From Novakomyces olei (lineage: Eukaryota), in NCBI GenBank assembly GCA_016906335.1, contig JADEYG010000004.1:1302001-1366000 (forward strand): a stretch of DNA of 64,000 nucleotides, read 5' to 3'. The notes below the pieces were generated by a model. It made no database searches and was not told the origin of the DNA. It saw only the letters and a list, made by a program, of their open reading frames with translations. Shown here piece after piece: positions 42,052 through 55,593 of the stretch. Each line of letters opens with the position of its first letter. The stretch's first letter is position 1. The position numbers and the translations under genes are program-made.

Positions 42052-42549
42052 TTATGGTATATGAACAGAGACAGCGACACAGTTACTCCAGTCGCCCTCT
42101 GTATTATTATTATTATTATAGACAATAGCAGCTTCATCGTAATTGTAAGGATCGCCGATATTGCGGCAAGCCCACCATCCATCATCACTGCCATTAACCG
42201 TCAGCGTTCCATTGTTATCTAAGGCAAGTATAGATGAATCAGGGACCGACGGTGAGGAATACAAGTAGAGGGCTCCCTGGAGATTTTTTGCTAAGCCCGT
42301 CCCAAGCTTCAAATAATACTTCTGGTCCAAAGCTCTTTTCTCATAGATTTTACCATCCTCTATCCCAAAGGCTCCTTGCGTATCTCTAAAAATAATATTC
42401 TGGTCAGCAGTTACGTGCCTACCTCCGATATATAAACCCCAAATGTCAGGATCAGCACAGGCAATCAGTTCAAAGCTGTCATTACTTGGAGCGGCTTTGG
42501 CAAGGCTCAGAAGAGAAAAAACTGAACCGGCGGCCAGAGTAAACTTCAT
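42052..42549 (-). CDS. Small secreted cell-wall-like protein (resembles Rhd3/Pga30/Cwp1-type domain), no obvious GPI tail
   Basis: Signal peptide MKFTLAAGSVFSLLSLAKA; GTLTVNGSDDGWWACRNIGDPYNY...C.AV motif. Confidence 0.7.
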   Translation of the reverse strand: MKFTLAAGSVFSLLSLAKAAPSNDSFELIACADPDIWGLYIGGRHVTADQNIIFRDTQGAFGIEDGKIYEKRALDQKYYLKLGTGLAKNLQGALYLYSSPSVPDSSILALDNNGTLTVNGSDDGWWACRNIGDPYNYDEAAIVYNNNNNTEGDWSNCVAVSVHIP

Positions 42550-43456
42550 TGTCAAGAATAAATTGAGAAAAATTTTAGCTTTCAAATAGAGGGTAGAACT
42601 GTGAATAATCGGGTTTTCGAGTCTGATGAATGCTCAAACGGCGGGGGCTCGTGTGCCTTTATACCGTCCAGGAGAGGGGTGGCATGTACACATTTCTCCA
42701 CTAAGCCGCATGTCACCTCGTGATCTGCGTCATTAAGCATTGGATCTAAATTTGCAGCTTTCGCCATTATGAGTCCGTATGAAAATCATGATAGTGCTAG
42801 CCTGAAAAGCAAATCTCCAGAACAGTCGTCCCGCCGTGCAATTGGCCAAAGTCTAATGATTAATTCTCGGATTTGGAATTGACAGGTCTTGATGGGCAGC
42901 ATAAAAATAGAAGATACGCTATTCTTATACATGGGATTAGTCCTAGATATAATTTGAATAATCAGAATTAGTATTATGACTAAACGCTTATATTTAGGGA
43001 CGCTTATCTGATTTATTTCTAGGTAATTTAGCCTTTAGACTCTCTGACTTGCTACGGAAAATGGGGAAGCATAAGGTTTATAAAACGTCATTTCGTTGAG
43101 GGCCACCGGAGACTCAGACAGAAAATTATTGAATAATATTAGAATAAACTCGGTTTACATGATAGCAACCGCCATTTGCGACAATTTGCACATGATGTAC
43201 CTCATCGAAATGTTTAATTCTGAGCGTAGCCTACGCGTTGCACTTATTGCCAACGAAACAATAATCGCCCATTTATCACAAGACTAATAACCAGTGGCTA
43301 TTAATGGTGTTCAAAGACATCTTTTTACCTAACAATTTGTAGTAGTTTCATCCATTTTGGCTGCTTGTGCATTGCATCACGCTAATCTAAACCTTTTATG
43401 TAAGGTAAGACGTAATTATTGCCTATATAGGAAGTAATGCAGCATCCCCTTTGGAT

Positions 43457-43610
<154 letters not shown>

Positions 43611-43951
43611 ACTCGCCGACTCATTGACCGGCTAAGACAATTCAACCATGAGTGTCAGTTGTTTGACTTTTAGCTTTACAGAAACCTCACTCAAAAATAC
43701 ATAGTTACATATATATAGCTCAAGCGAACCCTCATACACTCGGGGGACTCAGCTAAAGCAATCTAGAGTTTCTAATTCATTTAATCTACCACAAGAGCAA
43801 ATTCCAACCTAATATCTTCAACAATATCATATATAGACCGAACATAATAAAATTAAAAGACGATAAAACTTGGCTTTCTATGACAACGTTCAATAATTTT
43901 ACATTTAATTTTTACATTTTATAATTTATCTCATCGAAGCTTTAGAGAAAA

Positions 43952-44717
43952 ATGCCTTCAGTCGCAGGCGCTGGCAGTACAAAGAACATATGGATCAGCG
44001 CTGGCGATGGCGAAATTGAACGCGTAAAGGTATTTTTCCGTTTTGTTATAGCGTTTGCTTTGTAGCTCGATATGAGAACTTTGGACTTAAAATTTCAGGA
44101 TTTTCTGGACTCTGGTATTGCTCCAGACGTGAAGGACGCACACGGTTACACGCCTTTACATGCGGCCGCAAGCTATGGTAAAGTGCCCAAAGCTTCTTTA
44201 TTCATTTTTCTCGAAAGCTTCTAACGTTTTTCAAGGGCGCACTGAATTATTACAACTGTTGGTTCAAAAAGGCGGCGATATCAATACCCTTGACGAAGAC
44301 CGGGAAACTCCTCTATTCTACTGTGAATCTGTGCCATCAGCTCAGTTGTGTATTGACTTAGGTGCTGATATGGGGCATCGAAACGCGGACGATCAAACAG
44401 TTGTGGAAAAGCTGGAAGAGGACGAGGATGCCGATAAAGATTTAGTACAGTTTTTAAGAGAAAAGCTCGGGCTGCCTTTGTTGCAGGAGGAGTTTCCTGA
44501 AAATACCGAGTTTCAGTACGCACAGTATCAGGCTCCTCAAGACTTGGCTGAGAATACGGTTCTTTCTACTGATGAGAAGGAAGAAGTAGACCGGTTGTTG
44601 GCCGCTGGAGGCGAAGAAAATGAAGGATTAATACGTGAAATACTACATCAAGCGGTGGGCCGGTGTTTACAGTCTGAAGATGAGTCTGCCCAAAGCAGCG
44701 CGCGCCAACGGATTTAG
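43952..44717 (+). CDS. Ankyrin-repeat protein (YCR051W-like), 3 exons
   Basis: NIWISAGDG..VK/DFLDSG..PDVKDAHGYTPLHAAASYG/RTELLQLLVQKGGDIN..DEDRETPLF. Confidence 0.88.
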
Positions 44718-44938
44718 GAGATTAATAAAATAATTGTATATTTTGCTTTTCACAAGAATTAATTTTGTCTTGACAAATGCTCTCATAGATCTTTTAGTTT
44801 ATTATAAACATATAAATTAAAAACTAATTAAACATTTACTTTACACTTGTATTCAAAAAGATAATAAGGATGTTCCAAAAATTCACCTGACTTACTATTA
44901 CTACACTCATATCACATTAAATCATACAGACTCACACC

Positions 44939-47900
44939 TTAGCTAAACGAAACAGTCTCCAGTCTCGACTTTGCCTGTCGCCGCCTCTTTGCAAACTCAA
45001 TACTCGGATCAGCGTTGGCTGAACCTGCCTGTATATCAACTTTTGACAGAGGCAGATTCATTACCTCTAAATTATTACCTGTCGCAAATACAACCTTGCT
45101 TGCCGTAACCTGACACCGGCAACATACGTCGGATATCATTTCAAACTCACTGCCAATGCCTCCAAAAGCGTCTGTCTTGTCCAGTATGAAAGAATGCACA
45201 TTTCCAAATGGATCCATTCGCCAAATTTCCCACGAAGGAACTGGCCGAGGCGTTAATCCTCGATTGTTATTACTTTTATTATTATCATTACTATTATTTT
45301 TTTGATGATCATTATCGCGATTATCACTCGTATTGCCGCCTCTACTTTTGCGACTGCGGGTCGCTGCACGTCGTCGAAGTCTTGACCGGTCGGCTTGATC
45401 GCCCTCAGATTTAACGTAAGACATTTCCTCAGCACTATCGGGTCTCATTCCAAATATAAAGCCCCCAGCGGCTGTCATTTCCCAAGCGCCAGCATTCTTT
45501 TTCCAATGAGTTTCCTCCTCGTACCGACTGGCCGCCTGCAACTTATCTGCCTGCACTTGGGCCTTTTCATGTTCCAGCCCAAATTCAGTACTATCGCCTT
45601 CATTACCCTTGCTCGGACCAACGCTTTTCTCTTTACCAAAAGAGCCATTGTGCAATCCACCGTTTCTTTTACGTGTGTATTGATGAACGATCAACATTCT
45701 GCTATCTTCAACTTCATTGTAGGCAACAGCAATACCATCGAGCGATACTGCTCCCTTGTTGACACTGGCTGATCTAACAGAAATCCGTAGTGAATGAGGA
45801 GCAACTTGGCCCGTTCTAAACGAAACTAGAAATCGGCAAGATTCGGGTTCAAAAGAAAAAATTAATAGTTCAAGTGGAGCGGAGAGACCAAAGCAGGGCA
45901 GTCCATATATCGGATGGATATCGAGCACTTTAGCCGCCGGTGAATCTAGACTCTGTTCTATTACAGCATTCAACTCAAGATTTTGCCTCCACGGTTCTGT
46001 CAAACACTCTTTAGACCACACTGCGACCCGGTCCGTGCTCAACAGGCACACTAAACAAACCAGACTACGGCCCTTGATAAACATGGCCTTTTTAAAAAAT
46101 AGCTGAACTTTATCATGTCCATTTTTTTGAGGTCCCTTTTCAATTGCTTCAACGAGTGGTTGCCGTCTTAATTCCGTCCAGTCTATGATCGAAATTTCGT
46201 GAAGCATGCCGACCCTCGAAACGATGGCTAGAACGTCACTGGAAAGAGAAAAGCAGGAAATTATCCCCCGTTCAGCTGGCGGCCTAAAGCATTCAACAAA
46301 AAAATCCTGACCCAAGTCAAACACATCAATCTGCTGTTTCGAAATACACAAAAGCCGATTCAGTTTTCCGTCCCACACAGCATGGCGGGGCACAAAGGGC
46401 AGGCCGCTTATAGAAAAAGCGGTCAGTACAGTATTCGTGCAGAGATCAAAGAGAACACCGTTCCGGCTAAGATCTATTGTTAGCACTAATGAATCTGAGA
46501 CTGGAATTATTTCGACAATATCCAGTCGGCTGTTAGTCCAGAGCGTAGCGACTTCTATGGGCTCGTTATTGTGTGGATAAGCGTGCTTTAGCAATGCGCT
46601 ATCGTCAATCTCTTCCGGAGGGTCTTTCAACAGATATAGCTTGAGCAAAAGTGCAACAGCCACGGTTACTACGCCTTGAATTGTAAGGAAAACGTGCATA
46701 CTGTTTAAGTAATTTAAGCAAACTCGCCGCGATTCGTACAAGATTTCATTGGGTAGAAGGCGGAGAGCCTTGTCGACTAACAAAATGCGTGGTGTCACGG
46801 CGAGATTAAGTGATCGAGACTGATTTCCGCCGCCATTTTCGCTGTAATTTTGCAATAAAGATACAAGATCAGTTATTAGTCCCATTTCATGCGTTTTAAT
46901 ACGGGCAGAAAATTGGTTGGATAGTTTCAACAGGTAGGAATGCCCGACACGTTTTTGTTCGGCTGTAGCAGAATTAAAGTTTGCATTAAACAGGCTAGCG
47001 AAACCCATCCCGGAATCAAAGGCAATAGTATATTGCAGTCCAATTATAAGAAGTGAAAGCTGGTTTATATTAATTACATATGGAGATGAGACAAAAAAAG
47101 ACAAAAATGATCATGATTGATGAATTATCAAACAACTTGTCAATAAATAAAAGACGAAAGAAACTACTAAAAAGATCACTTCGTAAAATTTTAATGCAGA
47201 GAAAATGAAAAAGAGTATATTGTCTTACGATAAGAGTGCTCATAAAATTGGTAGACAATGGCAATTTGGACACTACCAATTTGTAAAATGGTATGATGTT
47301 CCGTGATTTGGTCTGCTTAATGCTGTTCAAAGCCGAGGCTGAGTCGTGGATAAGATCTTGAAGCTCGAGCCGCCGGATATCGACACTCTATTTCACGTGA
47401 GCCAATTGATGAAACTACATAATAGTAAAGGAATCTACAGCAATAACACAGTGCATAAACCCCTTAAAGTCAAAAGAGAAGTGTGTAAGCTGATAAAATC
47501 AATCCGTACCAAAATGGAACGAGAACCAGATTTCTATGCGAAATTCACAAACTTACCATTACAGCGGTAAAAAAAGTAAAAGTCAGAATAGCGTCAAAGA
47601 CAATTGCTAATATGATAAAATAGCAAAACTTCTCTACCCCGTGGGCAACAGACCGTGCCAAAACGAGTATCCATATGATGTTCACACTCAGACTTTTTAA
47701 AATGTGGGGACCGCAGTTCGATAGACCTGCCCGTTTAGAATGAACGAAGTGACCTAATTACCCTCAGATATCCGGTAGCGCGCAGAGGCCGAAGGAGTAG
47801 CGTGAATCACGGACTTTGTTAGACGGAACGTATTTTCCGTATCGATTACAGTAACGACAAACGGAAATACGGCACTGCAATTAGAACAAACGAACATCTA

Positions 47901-48685
47901 TGGATATACTTACGGAGGAATCAAGGACGAAGGAACATTGAGAAAGCATAGAACTGTGCGCGCGGAAAGAGAAGAGATAAGCACCTGTATGAAACTGGTA
48001 CAAGCAAGCCCAAATTTGGATTTAACCATTTGCAGCTGCTGCAGAGATCTAAAGGCATTAATAAAACCCCCCACACAAGAGGACAGCCATACATTATAAT
48101 ATAGACAAACATGAGAGCATAAGAGCTGCCAAGAATGGCTCTGTCCCGTATATCGTAACGTGTTGCCCGCGCGTTATATACAATTGGAGCATACTCCAGC
48201 GGCATTGCTGTCCAGTCTCCACGAGTCGCATTGAGCATAGTCTCAGCATCTGGCGCCTGACCACCACGGCCATGGTCGTAGTATATACGGCGCAGTGTCG
48301 GCAGTCTTGCCTTGTCTCCTGGTACGAACTGGCAAAGTGCTGAGTCGGCTTCTTGCAAGATTCCGAGCCGGTTAGGAGAGCGCCGGCACAGTGGAGCCGC
48401 AAAGGAGTATGCGACTCTGTCTGCCGATGGGAAAAATGACCGATTCCGATCGGAAACGATCATCAGCTCGTCAAAGCGCAGATTGACTTGATCAAACGGC
48501 GACACAGCAGTATCGAGGACCCAAGCATTTCCTCTCGAGAAGATGTTTTGCCGCCATAACATTTCCAGGCTGGGATAAATCAAAGCCAAGCTAGCAACTG
48601 TGCATGTCAAGATTACGGTTATAGGGTTGGACGCGACCCATCCGGCCCATTGACCGCATCGCCGTTGCACAACTTGCAGGCGCAT
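44939..48685 (-). CDS. scp1: SREBP cleavage-activating protein (SCAP/Scp1), multi-exon; start uncertain
   Basis: WVASNP..VIL first TM; sterol-sensing segments VKSKFGLA..., FPFVVTVIDTENTFRLTKSV...RISEG, FCYF..LAIVFDAILTFTFF; long WD40-like C-terminus. Confidence 0.82.
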
Positions 48686-48798
48686 TAAGGAGCATACGCG
48701 GGAAAAGGTGCGGTCCCACGCGCCCACTGCGCGTTTCTGGTATGGCTCTGTTCGACTCGGAAAAGGTAAATTAGTATTTCTTGAGCTTATTCATAGCA

Positions 48799-48844
48799 AG
48801 GGTTTATTACCAACCCTGACTAACCCTGACTAACCCTTTACTAA
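48799..48844. promoter_or_regulatory. Telomere-like (CCCTGACTAA)n element upstream of SCAP
   Basis: CAACCCTGACTAACCCTGACTAACCCTTTACTAA. Confidence 0.6.
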
Positions 48845-49020
48845 TACGCTATTTAATTAAATTTAAATTCTTGTAAACCTAGAAACAATTGCTTTTGAAA
48901 TTATAAACACTATATGGAACAACACAATAATACCTGTTCAAGCCAGGCGCAATAATTGTGAACGATCGACGCCGTTAATCATCTCCTAATCTGTCTTTTT
49001 AGCTTCTTGCCATCCATAGG

Positions 49021-50642
49021 CTAGTTTTTATTCGTGTGTTTTACCGAGTCAAGGTTACTTAAACTCGTCTCAAGCTGGTCTCGAGCTTCGGCATTGAGTC
49101 GACGCCACATACTTTTACGCAGTTCGTGGCCGTCTAAGAAATCTTGAAACCATTCTCTTTGGAAAGGCTGCAACTTGCGTCCTACTCCATTTTCGCCCTC
49201 GCCAGCCATTTGCCGGATTTGCTCAAAATAATCCTCAAAGTCTGGATGAACAATAGTAAATTTCGGGCCATCTCCTTTCTTTGCAATTCTGTCGTGCTCC
49301 CATTTAATTTGCTCTGTTAATGGCGGCAGAATAGTACGGCCAGCTAGTATGCGAGCCGCTAGAACTGCCTGCCACTCAAATATCTTGAAAGTCAAACCTG
49401 CTCCAACTGCACCGACAAAAAGTAAGGAAGGATCGTCGCGGTACACAACGTGTTGGTACAGTTTTGGGATACGATTGTTCCGGACTTTAATCTCAGGGAA
49501 AAATGGTAGAGTCCAAGAATAACCAGTGCCAAAGATAATGTTATCCACATTATGAACAGAACTTCCATCTATAAAGTGTACTGTACGGCCTTGAATATGG
49601 GCGATTGATGGTTTTCTGACAATATTGGGGTGATTGAATGCTTCATCCCCAAAGTACGCGTTCGTTTTATGCCCCTTTACTACAGCATAGACTGAGACAG
49701 TTTGCTGCGCAATATCAAACGCAATATCTGCAGCAGACACGGATGCTCCTACTACAACGACTTGCTAAATGTGTTAGCAGCAGCAAAAATAGAAATAATT
49801 AAATATTGAAATCAATAACATAATCAACTAGTGAATTAATCACATACCTTGTTAAGAAACCAATCCCGACCACGAAACTGTTTGCTATGGAGAACACTGC
49901 CAGGCCATAATTTTTCAAAGACCTCCAGACCTGGAATTGATGGGATAAAGGGCACAAAGTAATGACCACTAGCAACCACAACGGCATCAAACCATTCAAC
50001 CCACCAGTAATCTTTTGAATCTCCTCTTTTACGCAGCACAACTTTCCACTCCTCTTCAACTTTCTCAATTTTTTCCACTGTTGTATTGTAAGATACAAAA
50101 TCTTCGTACCCATTTCGTTTTACTAATGACTGTATGTAGTCCCGTAGTACTGTAAAATGGCGGAAAGGCGTATTTTCGCCATGAAGAGCGATAGACCGTT
50201 CACTACGCTTGTCCGGTATCGGTTCTTGCGAAAATTGCATCGTAACAGTGGCCACATTGGTCTCCAGGTATGGATAAATCGAGGATTCTGAAAATCTTGG
50301 CTGTGTTACTTTCGGCGTTTGCGCGGGTAATTTCTGTGGGATTGGTACGGGAGGATCAGCAACTCTTTTGGCCAAGACCTCAAAATCTGATATCAATGGA
50401 CCAGGTTTTGAATCCTGAAGCCTGTCTGTTAATTAAAAAAAATAGAAAATAAATCTGATCAGATATATTTGATAAAAATTTGAATATCTTTATTGTAATT
50501 CAACTTACCAGCATCCACCAGCAGCTTCGCGCCTTTCGAAAACACGAATTAAATCAAAAGTCTCTTCTTGAGCAAGAGCATCGATAGTAATTGCGCCTGC
50601 CGGACCTGCACCTATCACAGCAACTCGTTTAGCAGCGGTCAT
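49021..50642 (-). CDS. Flavin-containing monooxygenase (FMO), 3 exons
   Basis: KRVAVIGAGPAGA; FERREAAGGCW; YPYLETN; FDAVVVASGHY; VLHSKQFR; VVVVGASVSAADIA; IIFGTGY. Confidence 0.93.
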
Positions 50643-53600
50643 TTATGTCAATAAATCCTTTCAAATTAAAGTTGCTAGGCCTAAATTGTATTGACCACAA
50701 TTTGATCGACTGAGGTAAAAAATCAAGCCCTCTATTGCAAAGGCTTAAATCTGCTTGTACCGGTAAACTTTAAGGCATCAAAAATGAAAAAAGGCAAGTT
50801 TGGGAGTCATTAATTGTTGCTGGCTCAATAACTGAATAAACCAGCAATTAATTGTAGTCGACGTCGTCACAGACAATAGTGATTCACAATCGAAACCAAC
50901 GAAATTAAAACTGTATATGTTTATTTTTGAAAATTACAGATTAACTGCAAAAGTCAACCGACCTGTGTTCGCCTACGACCCCAGTTTTCGTCGAGACTAG
51001 CGCATTTATGTATCTGCTATTACTTGCGTTAGACCTAGTAATTGTATCAAATGAATATTATATTACCTTCAACTCATCATTATTCAAAGAGGGTATTTCT
51101 GATTTTTGTACTGCCAGCACACCACTTACATAGCATAGATTTCTTATTGCTGCAGCTGCCCTGTCAGAAGTCTAGTATTATCGTGCATATTGTGAAAGTC
51201 CACGAAAACGCGACCACAATCGCATTATACTATGGCTATGGTAAATTTTATTATAAGTCGATCACTGAAGTGGACTACATTGATTACTTATTTCGGCAGT
51301 AGATGGAACTGAAACGTGCCTAATATATGCTGACCAATAGCATGCAGCATCATGCCCCCTATATAACCTAAACAGGCTAATCGTAACGAAAACAGGATCG
51401 CCCTTGGTACGTTTTCGAGCACAGGTCCTGCTTTGTTAATTGAAGTTGAGGCCTTTGAAATGTTTTTGGACTCGCTACCAGATTGAAGTTTGAGATGGCG
51501 GGTTCGACGGACTTTTGGAACACGATTTTCCTTGACCCACTGTCTTTTCCATATCTGCTGTGTCCGGTACAACCCTTGTTTCAACTTCGCAGCAATAATG
51601 GCTCGCTTGGAAGCTCTCAGACCTGGTGGTTGTGCTATCATGGTGGTGAGCGCTATGGGTTGTTCAGTGTCTGGACACCGCCTACTTAGTACTTCAGGCA
51701 GGACCTCTATCGCTTGTGGCCCCCTGGCTTTCTCCAATGGCTATTACACGTTCGTGTTTTGGACAAGTACAGTGCTACATGGGCTCCATTAGTTGCCAGT
51801 CATTGCTTTCGATTTTGACAATCGACAAAGCCGACATTCCTTCTAATGATTCATGGCGACATTGGTTTATCATGGATTACTAGAAGTTTTGTCGGCCCAT
51901 TGCATTTGCCAAATCTTTCAGCTTCGTTTTAAATTTCTAATTATAGATTTACAGGATTGCAGTACAATTTTTATTCGCATCACATTCAACAATTCGACTT
52001 GGCATTAACGTAATTTTGAAGACTTTCAAGGTTTTACGAAAAGCTTATCAGGTAATTTTTATAAATATTTTTTCCCTTCGATTTGTTTTATGAATTTTAA
52101 CGAGATCGAGACAAAATAATCAGCAAATAAACTGTTAAAATATGAATATATCATCCCCTCCCTCATATTACCTTTGTTTACTCTCTTCCAAATTCAAGTA
52201 TCTCTATTGTGCGCGTCAGTTATTTGACTTCAGTTTTGCTGGATTTCATTTTGAAAATACATGTTATATTTCGCCCAAGAAAACTCCCAGAATCTTCAGG
52301 GGGATTGTACCATAAGAACAATTTCCCTCCTATATTTACAACATAAGCTTTACCTTGTGTATAATTTTCCACTGTACGTAATGAAATGATATATGAAAAC
52401 CTTTAATGGCAATGTAAAAACAAGGCAAAGTGGTTCTTTCTAGAGCGGCCGTATTTTTTTCTGTACATCTCAATATAACCCCCGGTTCATATCAAGCTTC
52501 AGGATTCGATGCATATTAATCCATAATTTTTATATTTTTGCCACGGCTAAGTAAATACGAAGGTTCTCCTTTGATAAGTCAATTATAGCTTATCCGTGGG
52601 CGAACTCAAAAGACATTATTGTGTAAGAAAGCCTAATTAATAAAACGCAGCATGATGTAAACATAAAATGCATTGAAGTAGATTCACTCCATATGATCAT
52701 TGCTTTATAGCGACGACTATTTCACATCGCCGCTTATCAGTACATATAAATCTACCATGATTCAAAATCCAATAGTTTTAGTTATAAGCTTTTGAAAGCA
52801 TATAACTATAACATTATAAAACCGATTACAGACAGAGCTAGTAGTGATTCTAATGATTAAATGATTTAAGTCTTACAAACGCTACAGATTGATATCCGTT
52901 GGAAGAAAGAGGTTTATATTTTTGTTTAGCCAATACGCCACTGAGCCAATCCTCGCTTTATACGCATGCACATGCCGTAAATAAAATGACAATGGCCGTC
53001 GATCAGTGTTGTACATTTATTTATTTTATACATTGCAATCCATTGAGTATATAATTTATATAAAATGGTTTTTATCTGGCGTGCACAGTCTGATTGCGAG
53101 CTCACTTGTATTGCACTAAAATTTATTCACTGCCTTATGATCAACAATCTCATTAAGTGCAATACACAGGAGCATTATCGACGCTACTATCAATTTTAGT
53201 AACACGCAGCCTGTTGATGATTTCGTTCTAATATTTTAATTGCTCCAAAACGCTTCCGGAAGAATTTGTTTAAACAGGGAATTTGCAGGTATATTAAAAC
53301 CTTAGGCCGATTAAACGATAAATGTTTGAATGCATAATTTCAAACCAGACCAAAATTTGCCCTTTCTTGCAAACTACATATCTCCACTTGTCGGCTTCAG
53401 CTACTTATGATCCTACGAAATACCCTCAAATGAGCCTGTTAATTATATAGGCAGTATGAAATCGAATATAGTGCAAGATAAAACACTTTTCCAGTGAAAA
53501 GTATGCGCCGGGAAGAATGGGAGCTTTATCAAAATGCGATCAAAGGATGCGCCGCGGTAGAAAAGGCCTGAAATTCTACGCCCATATTAAGCCCCTCAAA

Positions 53601-54028
53601 TTTAGCTTGAGCTTCGCCATATGTGGGCTGAGATGCAAAAGGAGCGGCACAAAAATGCCTCTCTCCGGAGTAAAGAAAAGCTTCTGTCATGTCCTTAGAG
53701 TAAAATCAATATCCCTCGCTTCATTTAAGCTATGCGAGAGCACACTTTCGACAATATATAAGTAGTATAATCAAGCAGCTTTTCACCCGTCATGCCACGC
53801 TGGGTTTCTCCGCATTATAGCATATCGCGTTTGCAAACGCAACGAACTAGATTCGAGCAAAATGTCACACATACATTTGGAACGAAAAAAAGCTGCAATA
53901 TACTGGCCGGGGTCCAATTCTGACTTGAAAGACACAGCAATTAAATTGTCGGCAGATAGCCGTTGCGTGTAGAAAGCCATTCTACATGATTCATGGCGTG
54001 CGCTAAAATAATAAATACCATGTGGCGA

Positions 54029-54862
54029 TTAATTAATTGGCTGGGCTAAATCGACTTTAAATCCTCTGAATCTGGTCATGAGGCACTGTGAATAATGCCA
54101 ATTCAACAGGATAGGACTCGGCTTGTCAGTTTCGGGAATATAGTCTGGCCATGTGATCTCCTTGCCGTGGTAATTATAAAACCCATCACGCGTAAAAAAG
54201 TGTACGTAATATCGCCCGTCTTCATACCAGATTCCAAACCGATAGTCATCGTACGCCTTGTGCAGATCGTTACGCAAGACTAACGAATTCTCAATATCGT
54301 ACAAGCCAATTTCGATTCTTGACGCTCTCAGATCGGTGATTTCATTTAAAAACTCCTGGCCCAGGCTGTATGGTACTACATGGCAAGCCATGAGCACATC
54401 GCTTGAATTGTATCCACTTAGCAAGCATCGCGAATTATCTCGAGCAAAAGCATTAAACCGAAATTGCTGCTGCCTCGTGGAGCTGCGCGACGATCTGCTG
54501 TACGTCGACGTAGAATCTTTCGAAGAAAATAGCTTAAATCGAGACTTGCCTTGAGGACCTGGGCAGAACTTGAGCGCATTTGCCTTTGGCTGTTTCAGCA
54601 TATACTCATCAGCTCGAATCAGTTCTTTTGGGTCGCATACGGCGCCCTGGCATTCCAAGACCAATGACGCTGGATCATTGGAAAGAACAGCTTCCAGCGT
54701 GCGGAAAAGATACTGCACAGTCTTGACGGATTTGACCCCCGAGTTCTCAATGAATATGAAGGGAAATAATTCTATCTGAACTTCCTCCGAGTCCACGACC
54801 ACGACTGACGGCTGCTGGCGCAAGCTTGCAGCACAAGTTGTATAGTCTTTCTCCCTAGACAT
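54029..54862 (-). CDS. HNH endonuclease-domain protein (HNH_2-type), intronless
   Basis: FR..AFARD.RCLLSG...ACHVVPYS...IENSLVLRNDLHKAYDDYRFGI...PSPILLNWHYSQC. Confidence 0.85.
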   Translation of the reverse strand: MSREKDYTTCAASLRQQPSVVVVDSEEVQIELFPFIFIENSGVKSVKTVQYLFRTLEAVLSNDPASLVLECQGAVCDPKELIRADEYMLKQPKANALKFCPGPQGKSRFKLFSSKDSTSTYSRSSRSSTRQQQFRFNAFARDNSRCLLSGYNSSDVLMACHVVPYSLGQEFLNEITDLRASRIEIGLYDIENSLVLRNDLHKAYDDYRFGIWYEDGRYYVHFFTRDGFYNYHGKEITWPDYIPETDKPSPILLNWHYSQCLMTRFRGFKVDLAQPIN

Positions 54863-55593
54863 TTGCCGCCCAACGTAATGATATCATTCAACACGTAAAG
54901 ACAGCCTCAGCTAGATGCCGATGCGCGCTCTAATGGCTGTTTAGCTAACGGACGGTTGAGGTTAGGAAATAATAATAATACTTTTAATAATATAAACCAG
55001 GCCAAAACAGCCTGCATTAGTTAACAAGAAACCCGCTTTTTAAGTACTCTACCTATATATTATTAACTCACGAAATATCCAAATTTCTGCGTACACAGGG
55101 CTCAATTTGAAGTTCAATGTGCAGCGATCCTTTTGAAACTATGCAGATATTTCTAACCCGTACGTAATTCGAGGCCACTTGCTGCAACTCTCACGATGGA
55201 TGGGCTGTACAAGCTTTGGTCTGCATGCATGCCGTGCATAAAGAACGCACAAAAGTGATATGCGCAGAAATTTACGTACTAGAGACATCATAATAATACT
55301 TAATGTTTAGTTGTAGGATTCACGTAGCTGAAGGCTGGCTGGCATAGTTGGTAATTGTAGAAGCCAATATGGCCTTGATCAACATCATGGCCATAATGTA
55401 TCGACAATGAACTACAAAATTTTGGCAGCTTTGCAAATCGAACTGTTCATATAATATTCTCAAGTTGGCAGCTTGATATCACGCTTTCGTATTTATTACA
55501 TTATTTAAAATGTAAATAAATGACAATTGTTTTATGCTACCTGGTCGTTTGTTGATTTTGGTATATTCTGGATAAAATGTAATGACAGCGCAT

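Noticed and set aside
50700-54000. Short ORFs or possible gene relics between FMO and HNH
   Set aside because: No recognisable motifs or consistent splice model; cannot be supported without a search
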